From Bacteriovoracaceae bacterium (GTDB lineage Bacteria > Bdellovibrionota > Bacteriovoracia > Bacteriovoracales > Bacteriovoracaceae): 64,000 nt of DNA. The notes beneath the pieces are model-generated. The model was not told the DNA's origin, ran no database searches, and worked only from the letters and a program-made list of their open reading frames with translations. The stretch is taken from assembly GCA_041586955.1 (NCBI GenBank), contig JBFGZE010000004.1, forward strand, positions 1 through 64,000. The letters are read 5' to 3'. This document shows, one piece after another, positions 49,654 through 60,010 of the stretch (positions within the stretch are counted from its first letter, which is position 1; every line of letters begins with the position of its first letter). The position numbers and the translations under genes were made by a program.

Positions 49654-50478
49654 TTATTTACGTCTCTTTACAATAAATCTATCAGTTCTTTTATTTTTTC
49701 TAGTCTTATAGCCCTTGGTCGGAACACCCCAAGGTGTCACCGGATGACGTCCACCAGAAGTACGACCTTCACCACCACCATGAGGGTGATCAACAGGGTT
49801 CATAGCAACGCCACGAACACTAGGTCTGAAGCCGAGCTTTCTTTTAGCGCCGGCCTTACCAATAACTCTTTTTTCATTATCGATATTACCAACTTGACCA
49901 ATAGTAGCTCTACACTCTTGCTTAACCTTGCGTAATTCACCAGAAGGCATTCTTAAAAGAATCTCACGACCTTCTTTTGCCATAACCTGAACATAAGCAC
50001 CTGCGGAGCGAGCCAATTGACCGCCAGCACCAGGGTACAATTCAACATTATGAACGAGAGTACCAACAGGTATGTCGATCAATTTTTTAGAGTTGCCAAC
50101 TTTGATGTCTGCATCAGCACTAGAAATAACAACATCGCCTTGCTTAAGACCTTGAGGTGCCAAGATAAGCGTTTTTACACCATCGGCATAGGCCAAAAGT
50201 GCCAGGTTGCAAGTTCTATTTGGATCGTAGCAAATGCCTTCTACTGTCGCAGGTACGTTTTCTTTATTTCTCTTAAAGTCAACGACTCTATAGCGTCTCT
50301 TTACTCCACCACCACGGTGACGAACAGTAATACGTCCCCCGTTATTACGGCCAGCAGTGCTTTTCTTTGGCGCAAATAACCCTTTAGGTACTTTAACACC
50401 CTTAGTAAGGTCATCGCTATTTACAACTTTCATTTCTCTTAAAGAAGGAGTTGTTGGCTTAAACTTTTTAATACCCAT
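49654..50478 (-). CDS. rplB: 50S ribosomal protein L2
   Basis: [27 protein letters not shown]. Confidence 0.99.
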   Translation of the reverse strand: MGIKKFKPTTPSLREMKVVNSDDLTKGVKVPKGLFAPKKSTAGRNNGGRITVRHRGGGVKRRYRVVDFKRNKENVPATVEGICYDPNRTCNLALLAYADGVKTLILAPQGLKQGDVVISSADADIKVGNSKKLIDIPVGTLVHNVELYPGAGGQLARSAGAYVQVMAKEGREILLRMPSGELRKVKQECRATIGQVGNIDNEKRVIGKAGAKRKLGFRPSVRGVAMNPVDHPHGGGEGRTSGGRHPVTPWGVPTKGYKTRKNKRTDRFIVKRRK

Positions 50479-50497
50479 TGTCTTGTCCTTATATTAA

Positions 50498-50788
50498 CTA
50501 AACACCTTTAAAAAACTCGATCTTTTGTCCTTCCGCCAAAGCAATATATGCTTTTTTAATCTTGGCAGTTTTCTTGATCAAGCGCCCGGCTTTTTTTAAT
50601 TTACCTGGTGTAATATTGGTTTTTACATCTAACACTTTTACATCATAAAGTGTCTCAACAGCCTGCTTAATCTGGTTCTTATTTGCCTTTAACTGGACAA
50701 CAAACCCAAAACGATTAAACGTTTCACTCTGGTAAGACGCTTTTTCTGTAATAAGGGGTCTAACAATAATTTCTTCTAATTTCGCCAT
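50498..50788 (-). CDS. rplW: 50S ribosomal protein L23
   Basis: RPLITEK, ANKNQIKQAVE, KKAYI.L. Confidence 0.97.
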   Translation of the reverse strand: MAKLEEIIVRPLITEKASYQSETFNRFGFVVQLKANKNQIKQAVETLYDVKVLDVKTNITPGKLKKAGRLIKKTAKIKKAYIALAEGQKIEFFKGV

Positions 50789-50793
50789 GATCC

Positions 50794-51411
50794 TTACCCC
50801 AACTTCTCTAATAATTTTGTTAAAGCATTTTGCTCAATAACAAGGTTTTCAAATTTTACAGCTTCGTAGATACTAAAACCTTCTACAGCCATTCCCTTAC
50901 CCCATTGAAGATTGCGAACAGCCTTTAATGCTGGAGACTCTTTACTCTCAGTCACAACCAATGCTGGCAATAAACCTTTACCATTTAAAAGCGTATGCAT
51001 TTCTTTTGTTTTACCTGTTGACTCGATCTTATCAACAACTGTCAATTTTCCTGCTTGTAGCTTGTCAGCAAGTACCGTCTGAATAGCCTTCAGCATTAAT
51101 TTTTTATTTGTCTTTTGAGAAAAGTCTCTAGGACTTGGTCCAAAAGCTCTCCCCCCGCCGGGCATTAGTGGTGATCGTGTCGAACCCTGACGAGCACGCC
51201 CAGTTCCTTTTTGCTTAAATGGCTTAGCGCCACCGCCACGAACAGCTGCCCTGTTCTTAGTTGATGCGTTACCTTGTCTTCGATTTGCCAAAGTTGCTTT
51301 AACAACCTGGTGAACAACAGGTACATTTATATCGTCAGCAGTAAGACTAACTTCGGTAGTAATCTTTCCTGCTTCCTCAAATTTTGAATTTAATAAAGTT
51401 ATTTCCGCCAT
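50794..51411 (-). CDS. rplD: 50S ribosomal protein L4
   Basis: KPFKQKGTGRARQGS, GG.AFGP; start at ATG 51411. Confidence 0.97.
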   Translation of the reverse strand: MAEITLLNSKFEEAGKITTEVSLTADDINVPVVHQVVKATLANRRQGNASTKNRAAVRGGGAKPFKQKGTGRARQGSTRSPLMPGGGRAFGPSPRDFSQKTNKKLMLKAIQTVLADKLQAGKLTVVDKIESTGKTKEMHTLLNGKGLLPALVVTESKESPALKAVRNLQWGKGMAVEGFSIYEAVKFENLVIEQNALTKLLEKLG

Positions 51412-51436
51412 CTCGTTGTCCTTATTTAATCGATCG

Positions 51437-52147
51437 CTACTTTTTAACAGCAGTTGCAATTCTTACAAAACCGTTCTTACTTCCAGGCAATGAGCCTTTA
51501 ATAAGCATGTATCCGTTTGTCTCATTTACTTCTATAACTTGTAGGTTTTGAACTGTTTCTCTTTTTGCACCCATATGCCCAGGCATTTTCTTATTTTTAA
51601 AGACCTTACCAGGAGTTGCGCGATTACCAATAGAACCTGTCGTTCTATGGAACTTAGAACCGTGAGCTGCTGGCCCACCGGCAAAGTTGTATCTCTTAAT
51701 TACACCTTGAAAACCCTTACCTTTGGAAATCCCTGTTACATCTACATACGTAGACGGGGTGAAGACTTCATAGGAAAGCTCTTTGCCAAGATTTGCAGGA
51801 TCAACCCCGTTCACCTTAACCTCAGAAAACCTTGTTACCTTATGAGTGCTATTCGCCTTGCTTAAGCGGCCAAGAGTTGGCTTATTAACAAGCTTTTCTC
51901 TTTTTTCGCCATAACCTAGCTGATAAGCCTCATATCCATCATTTTGAGTAGTTTTAACTTGCGTGATTACATTAGGAATTAACTTAACAACAGTAACTGG
52001 CACATGGTTCCCGTCTTTGTCGAAAATCCGAGTCATGCCGGCTTTAACACCATAGAATGTTGATAGGTTTACAGAAGTGGCCTTGTTGGCCTGAGTAGTT
52101 TCATCGGTGGCAGTTTCTGTCTCGACTGCCTTAGTCTCTTCAGTCAT
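51437..52147 (-). CDS. rplC: 50S ribosomal protein L3 with N-terminal extension
   Basis: K.GMTRIF, SKGKGFQGVIKR, KKMPGHMG. Confidence 0.98.
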   Translation of the reverse strand: MTEETKAVETETATDETTQANKATSVNLSTFYGVKAGMTRIFDKDGNHVPVTVVKLIPNVITQVKTTQNDGYEAYQLGYGEKREKLVNKPTLGRLSKANSTHKVTRFSEVKVNGVDPANLGKELSYEVFTPSTYVDVTGISKGKGFQGVIKRYNFAGGPAAHGSKFHRTTGSIGNRATPGKVFKNKKMPGHMGAKRETVQNLQVIEVNETNGYMLIKGSLPGSKNGFVRIATAVKK

Positions 52148-52223
52148 CTAATCCTCCACAGCATCACCCTGTTCTCAGGGATGCATGCATGGTTAAAATA
52201 TTGCAACAAACGTTGAACTTATA

Positions 52224-52532
52224 TTAGTATTTAATCTCTACGTCAACACCTGAGGATAAGTCAAGCTTCATCAGGCTATCAACGGTTTGTTGCGTAGGAT
52301 CCACAATATCAATTAATCTTTTGTGTGTTCTCATTTCAAACTGCTCTCTCGATTTTTTATCGATGTGCGGAGACCTGAGTACAGTAAATTTATTTATCTC
52401 TGTAGGAAGCGGAATTGGACCAGCAACTCGAGCGCCTGTCTCTTTAGCGGTTTGAACAATTTCGTTTACCGAGTTATCCAAAAGCTTGTGGTCGTAAGCA
52501 CGAAGCTTGATTCTTAATCTAGTCGCTTTCAT
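52224..52532 (-). CDS. rpsJ: 30S ribosomal protein S10
   Basis: [24 protein letters not shown]. Confidence 0.98.
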   Translation of the reverse strand: MKATRLRIKLRAYDHKLLDNSVNEIVQTAKETGARVAGPIPLPTEINKFTVLRSPHIDKKSREQFEMRTHKRLIDIVDPTQQTVDSLMKLDLSSGVDVEIKY

Positions 52533-52669
52533 TTATTATTATTCCTCTTCATTAGTTAATTGAATCAGTTTATTAAAAAAAATGCGGCCTAATGTCAAAC
52601 CTTTTTTTTAAAAACCTTAGAATAATTGCTTTTTTACAATTAGCCTAACCAGCGACAATCACTGCGACT

Positions 52670-54763
52670 CTATATATTTTCTACAAATATTCCCTTTTTT
52701 TCCAAAACTGCCTTTGCCAAAACTGGCTCCATTTGCTCATAATTCTGGAAGTTCATTGTAAAACTGGCACGGCCCTGACTCTTGGAGCGAAGATCTGTAC
52801 TATAACCAAACATTTCCGCCAGCGGAACTTCTGCATCCACCACTTCCTTGTTTTGCTTAGTGCCCATGTTTTTGATTTTTCCACGCTTCATATTAATGTC
52901 CGAAATAACATCCCCAGTGTAGCCTGAGGGCGTTATAACCTCCAGTGCCATCAACGGTTCCCATAGAATAGGCCGGGCCTTTCTACAAGCAGCTACAAAC
53001 GCTTGAGATGCAGCTATCGCATAAGCAACATCATTTGACTCTAATTCTTTATATTGCGCCTCTTTCAAAGTTATTTTTAGATTAATAAATGGATAGCCAG
53101 CAAGCACACCACCCGGGGCAGTATCTCTTATGCTTTTTTCGATAGCATCTATTAATAATTGAGGTAATTCTCTCTTAGTCACATCCGATTCAAATACTAA
53201 GCCCCCTTCAGCAGGAAATGGCTCTACCTTCAAGCGACAATGACCAAATTGTATTTTGCCTGCAAATTCTCTTTGAAAAGTTGCTTCCTCCTCTACCGCA
53301 TCTCTTATGCTCTCTCTATATGAGACCTGAGGTTTCCCAACACGAATACCAACCTTAAATTCACGCTCCAATCGATCCGTGATAATTTCAAGGTGCAGCT
53401 CGCCCATGCCGAATAATAATAATTGTCCTGTTTCCACATTATGATCATAAGAGAAAGAAGGGTCCTCAATAGTTAATTGCTTAAGGGTTTCCATCAATTT
53501 TTTTTCATCACCCGTTGTTTTTGGTTCAATGGCAATGGAAATCACTGTTTCTGGGAATTGCATTAAATCAAAAATAATGGGTTTATGTTCTGCACATAAT
53601 GTTTCACCTGTAGTTGTTACCTTTAGCCCAGAAACAGCGACGATATCGCCTGGCCCGACAGTTTCAACTTCTGATCTTTTATCCGCATGCATTTTTAAAA
53701 CTTTATTAATTCTTTCTTTTTTCTTTTTAATAGGATTATAAACCGTTTGGCCTAATTTTAATTGCCCGGAATAAACTCTTAAATATGTCAATGAGCCAAC
53801 AAATGGATCAGTCGCAATCTTAAACGCCAAGGCACTAAAGAGATCATTTGCTTCAGGTTTACGAGACATTTCTTGATCATTATCTTTAGCGCTAACCCCA
53901 ACAATCTCCCCTCTATCAATAGGAGATGGTAAAAAGTCAATAACAGCATCTAATAATGGTTGAACACCTTTATTTTTAAAAGCTGTTCCACAATAAACCG
54001 GAATAAAGTTTTCTTTAATAACTGCAGTTCTAATAACTGACTTGAGTTCTTCGAGAGAGAGTTCTTCCCCCGATAAATATTTTTCTGCCAAATCATCGCT
54101 ATAATCTGCGAGAGCTTCAACCAGTTCTTCTCTTTTGGCTTGCGCTTCAGATAATAAGTCTGCAGGAATTTCTTCCTCTTTAACCTCGGCACCAAGGTTT
54201 TCTTCACTAAAATAAATTGCCTTCATTGTTAATAGGTCAATCATTCCTTTAAAGTTATCTTCTGCACCAATTGGTATTTGCATGGCCTGGGCATCCTTAC
54301 CAAGCTTTTCTCGAATATCTATAATACAGTTTTCATAACTAGCATCAAGACGGTCCATTTTGTTAACGAAGGCCAAGCGCGGAACATTATACTTATCTGC
54401 TTGTGCCCATACAGTTTCAGATTGTGGTTCAACACCAGACACAGCATCAAAAACCCCTATCGCACCATCGAGGACACGTAGAGCTCTCTCTACTTCAATA
54501 GTAAAATCAACATGGCCGGGAGTATCGATAATATTAATATTGTGCTTTTTCCACATACAGGTTGTTGCAGCGGAGGTAATAGTAATTCCTCGCTCTTGCT
54601 CTTGAACCATCCAATCCATGGTGGCGTTTCCGTCATGAACCTCACCAATTTTATGACTTTTTCCTGTATAAAATAATATTCTTTCTGTTGTTGTCGTTTT
54701 TCCAGCATCGATATGGGCCATAATCCCTATATTACGAATACTTTGAATTTCCTTGGAGCTCAT
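52670..54763 (-). CDS. fusA: Elongation factor G family GTPase, divergent in domain IV (EF-G2-like)
   Basis: [33 protein letters not shown]; follows rpsL-rpsG. Confidence 0.93.
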   Translation of the reverse strand: MSSKEIQSIRNIGIMAHIDAGKTTTTERILFYTGKSHKIGEVHDGNATMDWMVQEQERGITITSAATTCMWKKHNINIIDTPGHVDFTIEVERALRVLDGAIGVFDAVSGVEPQSETVWAQADKYNVPRLAFVNKMDRLDASYENCIIDIREKLGKDAQAMQIPIGAEDNFKGMIDLLTMKAIYFSEENLGAEVKEEEIPADLLSEAQAKREELVEALADYSDDLAEKYLSGEELSLEELKSVIRTAVIKENFIPVYCGTAFKNKGVQPLLDAVIDFLPSPIDRGEIVGVSAKDNDQEMSRKPEANDLFSALAFKIATDPFVGSLTYLRVYSGQLKLGQTVYNPIKKKKERINKVLKMHADKRSEVETVGPGDIVAVSGLKVTTTGETLCAEHKPIIFDLMQFPETVISIAIEPKTTGDEKKLMETLKQLTIEDPSFSYDHNVETGQLLLFGMGELHLEIITDRLEREFKVGIRVGKPQVSYRESIRDAVEEEATFQREFAGKIQFGHCRLKVEPFPAEGGLVFESDVTKRELPQLLIDAIEKSIRDTAPGGVLAGYPFINLKITLKEAQYKELESNDVAYAIAASQAFVAACRKARPILWEPLMALEVITPSGYTGDVISDINMKRGKIKNMGTKQNKEVVDAEVPLAEMFGYSTDLRSKSQGRASFTMNFQNYEQMEPVLAKAVLEKKGIFVENI

Positions 54764-54784
54764 CCGACTTTTCCTTCTCTAACT

Positions 54785-54819
54785 AAAAAAGGCCTCCAAA
54801 GTTATACTCTAGAGGCCTT
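54785..54819 (-). terminator. Intrinsic terminator between rpsG and fusA
   Basis: Minus strand aaggcctctagag-tataa-ctttggaggcctt then tttt. Confidence 0.75.
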
Positions 54820-54858
54820 CTCATTTTTTTAAACTTTGTTTTTTATTAAGCTAATTAA

Positions 54859-55329
54859 TTACCACTTAAGGTGAGCAAAAGCTTTGTTGGCCTCGGCCAT
54901 TTTGTAAACGTCTTCTCTTTTCTTAACGGCACCACCTCTATTATTGACAGCATCGATAATTTCATCGGCAAGCTTTTCCGTCATAGTTCTACCATTGCGG
55001 TTTCTTGCATAATCTCTTAACCAGCGAATGGCCAAAGATTGACGTCTATTAATTCTAACCTCGATTGGAATTTGATAAGTTGCGCCACCAATACGACGAG
55101 ACTTAACCTCAACAGCAGGCTTAACGTTTGAAAGAGCTTTCTTAAACATTTTAAGTGGCTCTTCTTCAGTTTTCTTTTCAACAATCTCAAGGGCACCGTA
55201 GAAGATTTTTTCAGCTGTGGCCTTTTTACCACCCTTCATGAGACAATTAACAAATTTTGTAACAACTACGTCCTGATATCTTGGATCTGGAAGTACTTGT
55301 CGGACTTCAGCTCTATGCTTTCTACTCAT
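54859..55329 (-). CDS. rpsG: 30S ribosomal protein S7
   Basis: [25 protein letters not shown]. Confidence 0.98.
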   Translation of the reverse strand: MSRKHRAEVRQVLPDPRYQDVVVTKFVNCLMKGGKKATAEKIFYGALEIVEKKTEEEPLKMFKKALSNVKPAVEVKSRRIGGATYQIPIEVRINRRQSLAIRWLRDYARNRNGRTMTEKLADEIIDAVNNRGGAVKKREDVYKMAEANKAFAHLKW

Positions 55330-55406
55330 ACAAACTCCTTCTTCACCCTAGCTTTAGATAGGGTTACTCACCTCCACCCCAGTTACAAATGGAAGTGCTT
55401 TTAAAA

Positions 55407-55781
55407 TTACTTTTTAGGTTTCTTACAGCCGTACTTAGAACGACGTTGACCACGCTTATCAACACCAGTCGCATCTAAAGCACCACGAATTGTATGGTAA
55501 CGAACACCTGGAAGATCTTTCACTCTTCCCCCTCTAATAAGAACAATCGAGTGTTCCTGAAGGTTATGTCCTTCTCCACCAATATATGAGGTTACTTCAA
55601 AACCACTAGTTAACTTCACTCTACAAACCTTTCTCATCGCTGAATTTGGTTTCTTTGGTGTAGTTGTGTAAACTCTTGTACATACGCCACGTCTTTGAGG
55701 ACAGGCTTTCAAAGCGGGGGACTTTGTCTTAGAAGTCTTATCGACTCTCCCCTTTCTAATCAATTGGTTAATAGTTGGCAT
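55407..55781 (-). CDS. rpsL: 30S ribosomal protein S12
   Basis: [26 protein letters not shown]. Confidence 0.99.
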   Translation of the reverse strand: MPTINQLIRKGRVDKTSKTKSPALKACPQRRGVCTRVYTTTPKKPNSAMRKVCRVKLTSGFEVTSYIGGEGHNLQEHSIVLIRGGRVKDLPGVRYHTIRGALDATGVDKRGQRRSKYGCKKPKK

Positions 55782-55822
55782 TCACAGCTCCTTCTACATT
55801 TATCATCTTCTACATCTGGATA

Positions 55823-55859
55823 AACTAGCTAGTTGATGTAGCATAAGCAACTAGCTAGT
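55823..55859. repeat. Inverted repeat with self-palindromic arms between rpoC and rpsL (possible terminator or operator)
   Basis: actagctagttg-N12-caactagctagt; each arm contains the palindrome ACTAGCTAGT. Confidence 0.7.
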
Positions 55860-55869
55860 ACAAGCCTTT

Positions 55870-58800
55870 TTATATCGTTAAAGTAACAGTTTCATTAACT
55901 AAACTAGTACTATCATCCTCAACAACAGCTTCGAAATCTCTATATCTAGGAATTCCGGAACCTGCAGGAATTAAACGACCCATAATAACATTCTCTTTCA
56001 AGCCGCGAAGAACATCTTTTTTGCCTTCAAGAGCTGCTTGAGTAAGAACTTTGGTCGTTTCCTGAAAGGAAGCCGCTGAAATGAATGAATCTGTCGTCAA
56101 TGAAGCTTTAGTAATACCAAGAAGCAATGGTCTGGCCTGTGCAGGTTGCTCGCCATTAGCAATCAATTCTTCATTGATTTCCTCTAAAAGCCCTTTAGTA
56201 ATAGAGTCGCCAGTTACAAGAAGAGAATCTCCTGCATCAGTAACTTCTACTTTTTTCAACATTTGGCTAACGATAACCTCGATATGCTTATCATCGATTT
56301 TAACACCCTGGAGGCGGTAAACCTCTTGAATTTCGTCAACAATGTATTTAGCAAGTGCTTTAATCCCAAGAACTCTCAAGATATCATGAGGATTGGACGG
56401 CCCATCCATGATTGGCTCACCAGCTCTAATATAGTCACCCTCGTTAACAATTACGTAACGACCCTTTGGTACACTATATGTTACAGGTTCGGAACCATCA
56501 TCAGGTCTTACAAGAATACGACGGTTTCCTCTTAACTCAGGTCCAAACTCAATCGTACCTGAAACATCAGCGATTTGAGCTGCGTTAGCAGGTTTACGAG
56601 CTTCAAATAGCTCTGCAACTCTTGGAAGACCACCTGTAATATCTTTTGTTTTAGTTGTTTCTCTGGCCATTTTGGAAATAGCACTACCAACGTCAATAGT
56701 ATCTCCATCAGATACCATAATATTGGCCCCAACCTGTAAGCGATAACTTGCGTGACGCTTAGTACCAGGAACGATAATGGGATTACCATCAACATCAACA
56801 ATACTAACTCTTGGCTGCAAGGAAGGATCCTTACTTTCAGTCACAACTCGCGTTGTAAGACCAGTTACCGGGTCAACTTGCTCAACAACCGTTTGGCCGA
56901 CAATAATATCTTCGTACTTAATAGAACCTGATACTTCAGTAAGAATTGGAATTGAGAATGGGTCCCATTCTAGAATTTTTTCCCCTACTGAGATTTCATC
57001 ACCTTCATTAAAGAAGACTTTTGCCCCATAGAAGGCAGGGACTCTTTCTTTTTCATTTCCACGATTATCTTTAACAAGAATCTCACCGACCTTGTTCATA
57101 ACAATCATTTCACCAGCAGTAGTTTTTGCAATGGATACATTTTCGTAAAATACTTTACCTGCGGTCTTTGCTTCAGTTTTATTTACCTGTGCGCCTGCAG
57201 TTGCAGTCCCCCCAACGTGAAAGGTTCTCATTGTTAGCTGTGTACCCGGCTCACCAATAGACTGAGCAGCAATTACACCTACCGTTTCACCGATACTAAC
57301 CATTTTACCACGGGCGAGATCGCGTCCAAAACAAGCGGCACAAAAGCCATGTCTTTCACGACAAGTTAAAACAGAGCGAACTTTAATCTGGTCAACTTCT
57401 TTTGCTCTTAATAACTCAAGATCTTTTTCAGTTAATAAGTAATCAGCTGGAAGAATTTCGTTGGCATCCACATCGAGGATAGGAGTTGCCGTAACTCTTC
57501 CCATTGCTCTCGTACCAGCATCCTCAACGATCTCACCAGCTTCAATTCGAGAAGTCAGAATAACGCCATCTTGTGAACCACAATTGTCACGACGAATAAT
57601 TCCGTCCTGAGCAACAACGACAAGCCTTCTTGTTAGGTAACCGGAGTTGGCCGTTTTAAGTGCGGTATCCGCTAGACCCTTACGGGCACCGTGGGTCGAA
57701 ACAAAGTACTGAAGTACAGAAAGACCTTCACGGAAGTTTGATGTAATTGGTGTTTCAATAATTTCACCAGAAGGTTTGGCCATCAAGCCTCGCATCCCAG
57801 CTAACTGTCTCATCTGAGTAGTAGAACCCCTGGCACCGGAGTCTGCCATCATAAAGATCGAGTTAAAAGAAGGAGCTTTTTCCTCATCTCCAGATTCATT
57901 TTTGAAAGTATCAGTTGAAATTCTTTCAAGCATTACCTTGGTTAGACGCTCGTTAGTTTGAGACCAGACATCAACAACTTTGTTGTATCTCTCACCATTA
58001 GTAATCGAGCCTTCATTATACTCTTCAGTAATTTTATCAACTTCAGCATAGGCTTCATCGAGAATGCCAACCTTTTCCTTAGGAATAGTCATGTCATTAA
58101 CGTTAATAGAAATACCCGCTTTAGTAGCGTATTCGTAACCGAGCTTCATTAAAGCGTCAGCAAGTAGAACTGTTTCCTTTTCGGATCCAACTCTATAGGC
58201 CTTATCAATAAGTTTCCCAAGAATCTTTTTGTTTAGGCCCTTATTGATATCTGAATACTCTAGACAATCAGGGATAACATCAAATACGAAGGTACGACCA
58301 ACTGAAGTTTCAACAATTTCGCTTCCAATCCGTACTTTAATCGGAGCCTGCAAATGTAAGTTCCCAGAATGGTATGCAAACTGGGCCTCTTCTTTTGAAG
58401 AAAACACTTTGTCATAGCCACGAGCAAAAGGACGAATCCTAGACATATAATAAAGTCCGAGAACAATATCCTGCGTAGGAACAATAATAGGGCTTCCATC
58501 TTTCGGAGAAAGAATGTTGTTTGTCGACATTGCAAGAATACGACATTCGACCTGAGCTTCTAATGAAAGAGGGACGTGAACGGCCATCTGGTCACCATCG
58601 AAGTCAGCATTAAAAGCTGTACAAACGAGAGGATGGAGACGAATCGCTTTACCTTCAATTAAAACTGGCTCAAAGGCCTGTAAGCCAAGACGGTGAAGTG
58701 TCGGAGCACGGTTAAGAAGTACTGGGTGCTCTTGAACAACTTCTTCAAGAATATTCCAAACTTCTTCTTTTTGGCTATCAACCATTCTTTTCGCAACTTT

Positions 58801-59991
58801 AATGGTTGTACAATGCCCTTTTTCAATAAGCTTATTATAAATAAATGGCTTAAATAGCTCGAGGGCCATTAACTTGGGAAGACCACATTGGTGGAGCCTT
58901 AAGTTTGGTCCTACAACAATTACAGAACGACCGGAATAATCAACCCGCTTACCAAGTAGGTTTTGACGGAAACGACCCTGCTTTCCTTTCAACATATCTG
59001 AAAGAGATCTTAATGGACGTTTATTCGCGCCTGTAAATACTTTTCCTCGTCTGCCGTTATCAAATAAGGCATCAACAGCTTCCTGAAGCATTCTTTTTTC
59101 GTTACGAATAATAATTTCAGGAGCATTTAGCTCTTTAAGTCTTTTAAGACGATTATTTCTATTAATAACGCGTCTATAAAGGTCGTTGAGATCTGATGTC
59201 GCAAAACGACCAGCTTCCAACGGAACAAGGGGACGTAAGTCTGGTGGTAAGATAGGAATAACTTCCATCATAAACCACTCAGGCTTATTATCTGATTTCA
59301 AAAGTGACTCAACAACTTTTAACCGCTTGATTGTTTTTGCTCGGGCCATTTCTGTTGTAGCGGCAGCAAGCTCTCTACGTAAAGTTTTATTTTCAAGGTC
59401 AACATCAACCTTTCTTAATAATTCTTTAATTGTATCGCCACCCATGCCAGCTTCAAACTCAATCCCTTGCTCTTTAAGATCAAAGTATTGCTGTTCAGAA
59501 ATCACTTGGCCAATCTTAAGACCGCCATCGAGTTCATCTGTCGCTGAATCAGTTACAATAAAGGCTTCATAATAAAGAACCTTTTCAAGCTCTTTAAGCG
59601 TAAGGTCCAATAAAGCACCCAAACGGGAAGGAAGAGATCTTAAAAACCAGATATGAGCAACAGGTGCGGCCAATTCGATATGACCGCAACGTTCTCTACG
59701 AACTTTAGACAGAGTTACTTCAACTCCACACTTCTCGCAGACGACGCCCCTGTGCTTCATACGCTTGTATTTACCACAGATACACTCATAGTCTTTAACT
59801 GGGCCAAAAATTTTGGCGCAGAATAAACCATCTCTTTCTGGTTTAAATGTTCTATAGTTAATGGTCTCTGGTTTTTTTACTTCTCCAAAGGACCATTCAC
59901 GGATCGTATCAGGCGAAGCCATCTTAATCGAAATGGCTTCAACACTAATAGGATCTTTAGGTTTGTCAAAAAAGTTTAAAAGATCTTTCAT
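55870..59991 (-). CDS. rpoC: RNA polymerase beta' subunit
   Basis: Zn finger [32 protein letters not shown]. Confidence 0.99.
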   Translation of the reverse strand: MKDLLNFFDKPKDPISVEAISIKMASPDTIREWSFGEVKKPETINYRTFKPERDGLFCAKIFGPVKDYECICGKYKRMKHRGVVCEKCGVEVTLSKVRRERCGHIELAAPVAHIWFLRSLPSRLGALLDLTLKELEKVLYYEAFIVTDSATDELDGGLKIGQVISEQQYFDLKEQGIEFEAGMGGDTIKELLRKVDVDLENKTLRRELAAATTEMARAKTIKRLKVVESLLKSDNKPEWFMMEVIPILPPDLRPLVPLEAGRFATSDLNDLYRRVINRNNRLKRLKELNAPEIIIRNEKRMLQEAVDALFDNGRRGKVFTGANKRPLRSLSDMLKGKQGRFRQNLLGKRVDYSGRSVIVVGPNLRLHQCGLPKLMALELFKPFIYNKLIEKGHCTTIKVAKRMVDSQKEEVWNILEEVVQEHPVLLNRAPTLHRLGLQAFEPVLIEGKAIRLHPLVCTAFNADFDGDQMAVHVPLSLEAQVECRILAMSTNNILSPKDGSPIIVPTQDIVLGLYYMSRIRPFARGYDKVFSSKEEAQFAYHSGNLHLQAPIKVRIGSEIVETSVGRTFVFDVIPDCLEYSDINKGLNKKILGKLIDKAYRVGSEKETVLLADALMKLGYEYATKAGISINVNDMTIPKEKVGILDEAYAEVDKITEEYNEGSITNGERYNKVVDVWSQTNERLTKVMLERISTDTFKNESGDEEKAPSFNSIFMMADSGARGSTTQMRQLAGMRGLMAKPSGEIIETPITSNFREGLSVLQYFVSTHGARKGLADTALKTANSGYLTRRLVVVAQDGIIRRDNCGSQDGVILTSRIEAGEIVEDAGTRAMGRVTATPILDVDANEILPADYLLTEKDLELLRAKEVDQIKVRSVLTCRERHGFCAACFGRDLARGKMVSIGETVGVIAAQSIGEPGTQLTMRTFHVGGTATAGAQVNKTEAKTAGKVFYENVSIAKTTAGEMIVMNKVGEILVKDNRGNEKERVPAFYGAKVFFNEGDEISVGEKILEWDPFSIPILTEVSGSIKYEDIIVGQTVVEQVDPVTGLTTRVVTESKDPSLQPRVSIVDVDGNPIIVPGTKRHASYRLQVGANIMVSDGDTIDVGSAISKMARETTKTKDITGGLPRVAELFEARKPANAAQIADVSGTIEFGPELRGNRRILVRPDDGSEPVTYSVPKGRYVIVNEGDYIRAGEPIMDGPSNPHDILRVLGIKALAKYIVDEIQEVYRLQGVKIDDKHIEVIVSQMLKKVEVTDAGDSLLVTGDSITKGLLEEINEELIANGEQPAQARPLLLGITKASLTTDSFISAASFQETTKVLTQAALEGKKDVLRGLKENVIMGRLIPAGSGIPRYRDFEAVVEDDSTSLVNETVTLTI

Positions 59992-60010
59992 CTCTTAGTT
60001 CCTCAATATT

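Noticed and set aside
52160..52186. Small hairpin between rpsJ and rplC (ccctg-ttct-caggg) as a possible r-protein leader
   Set aside because: Short, has no U-tract, and cannot be matched to a known leader family by eye
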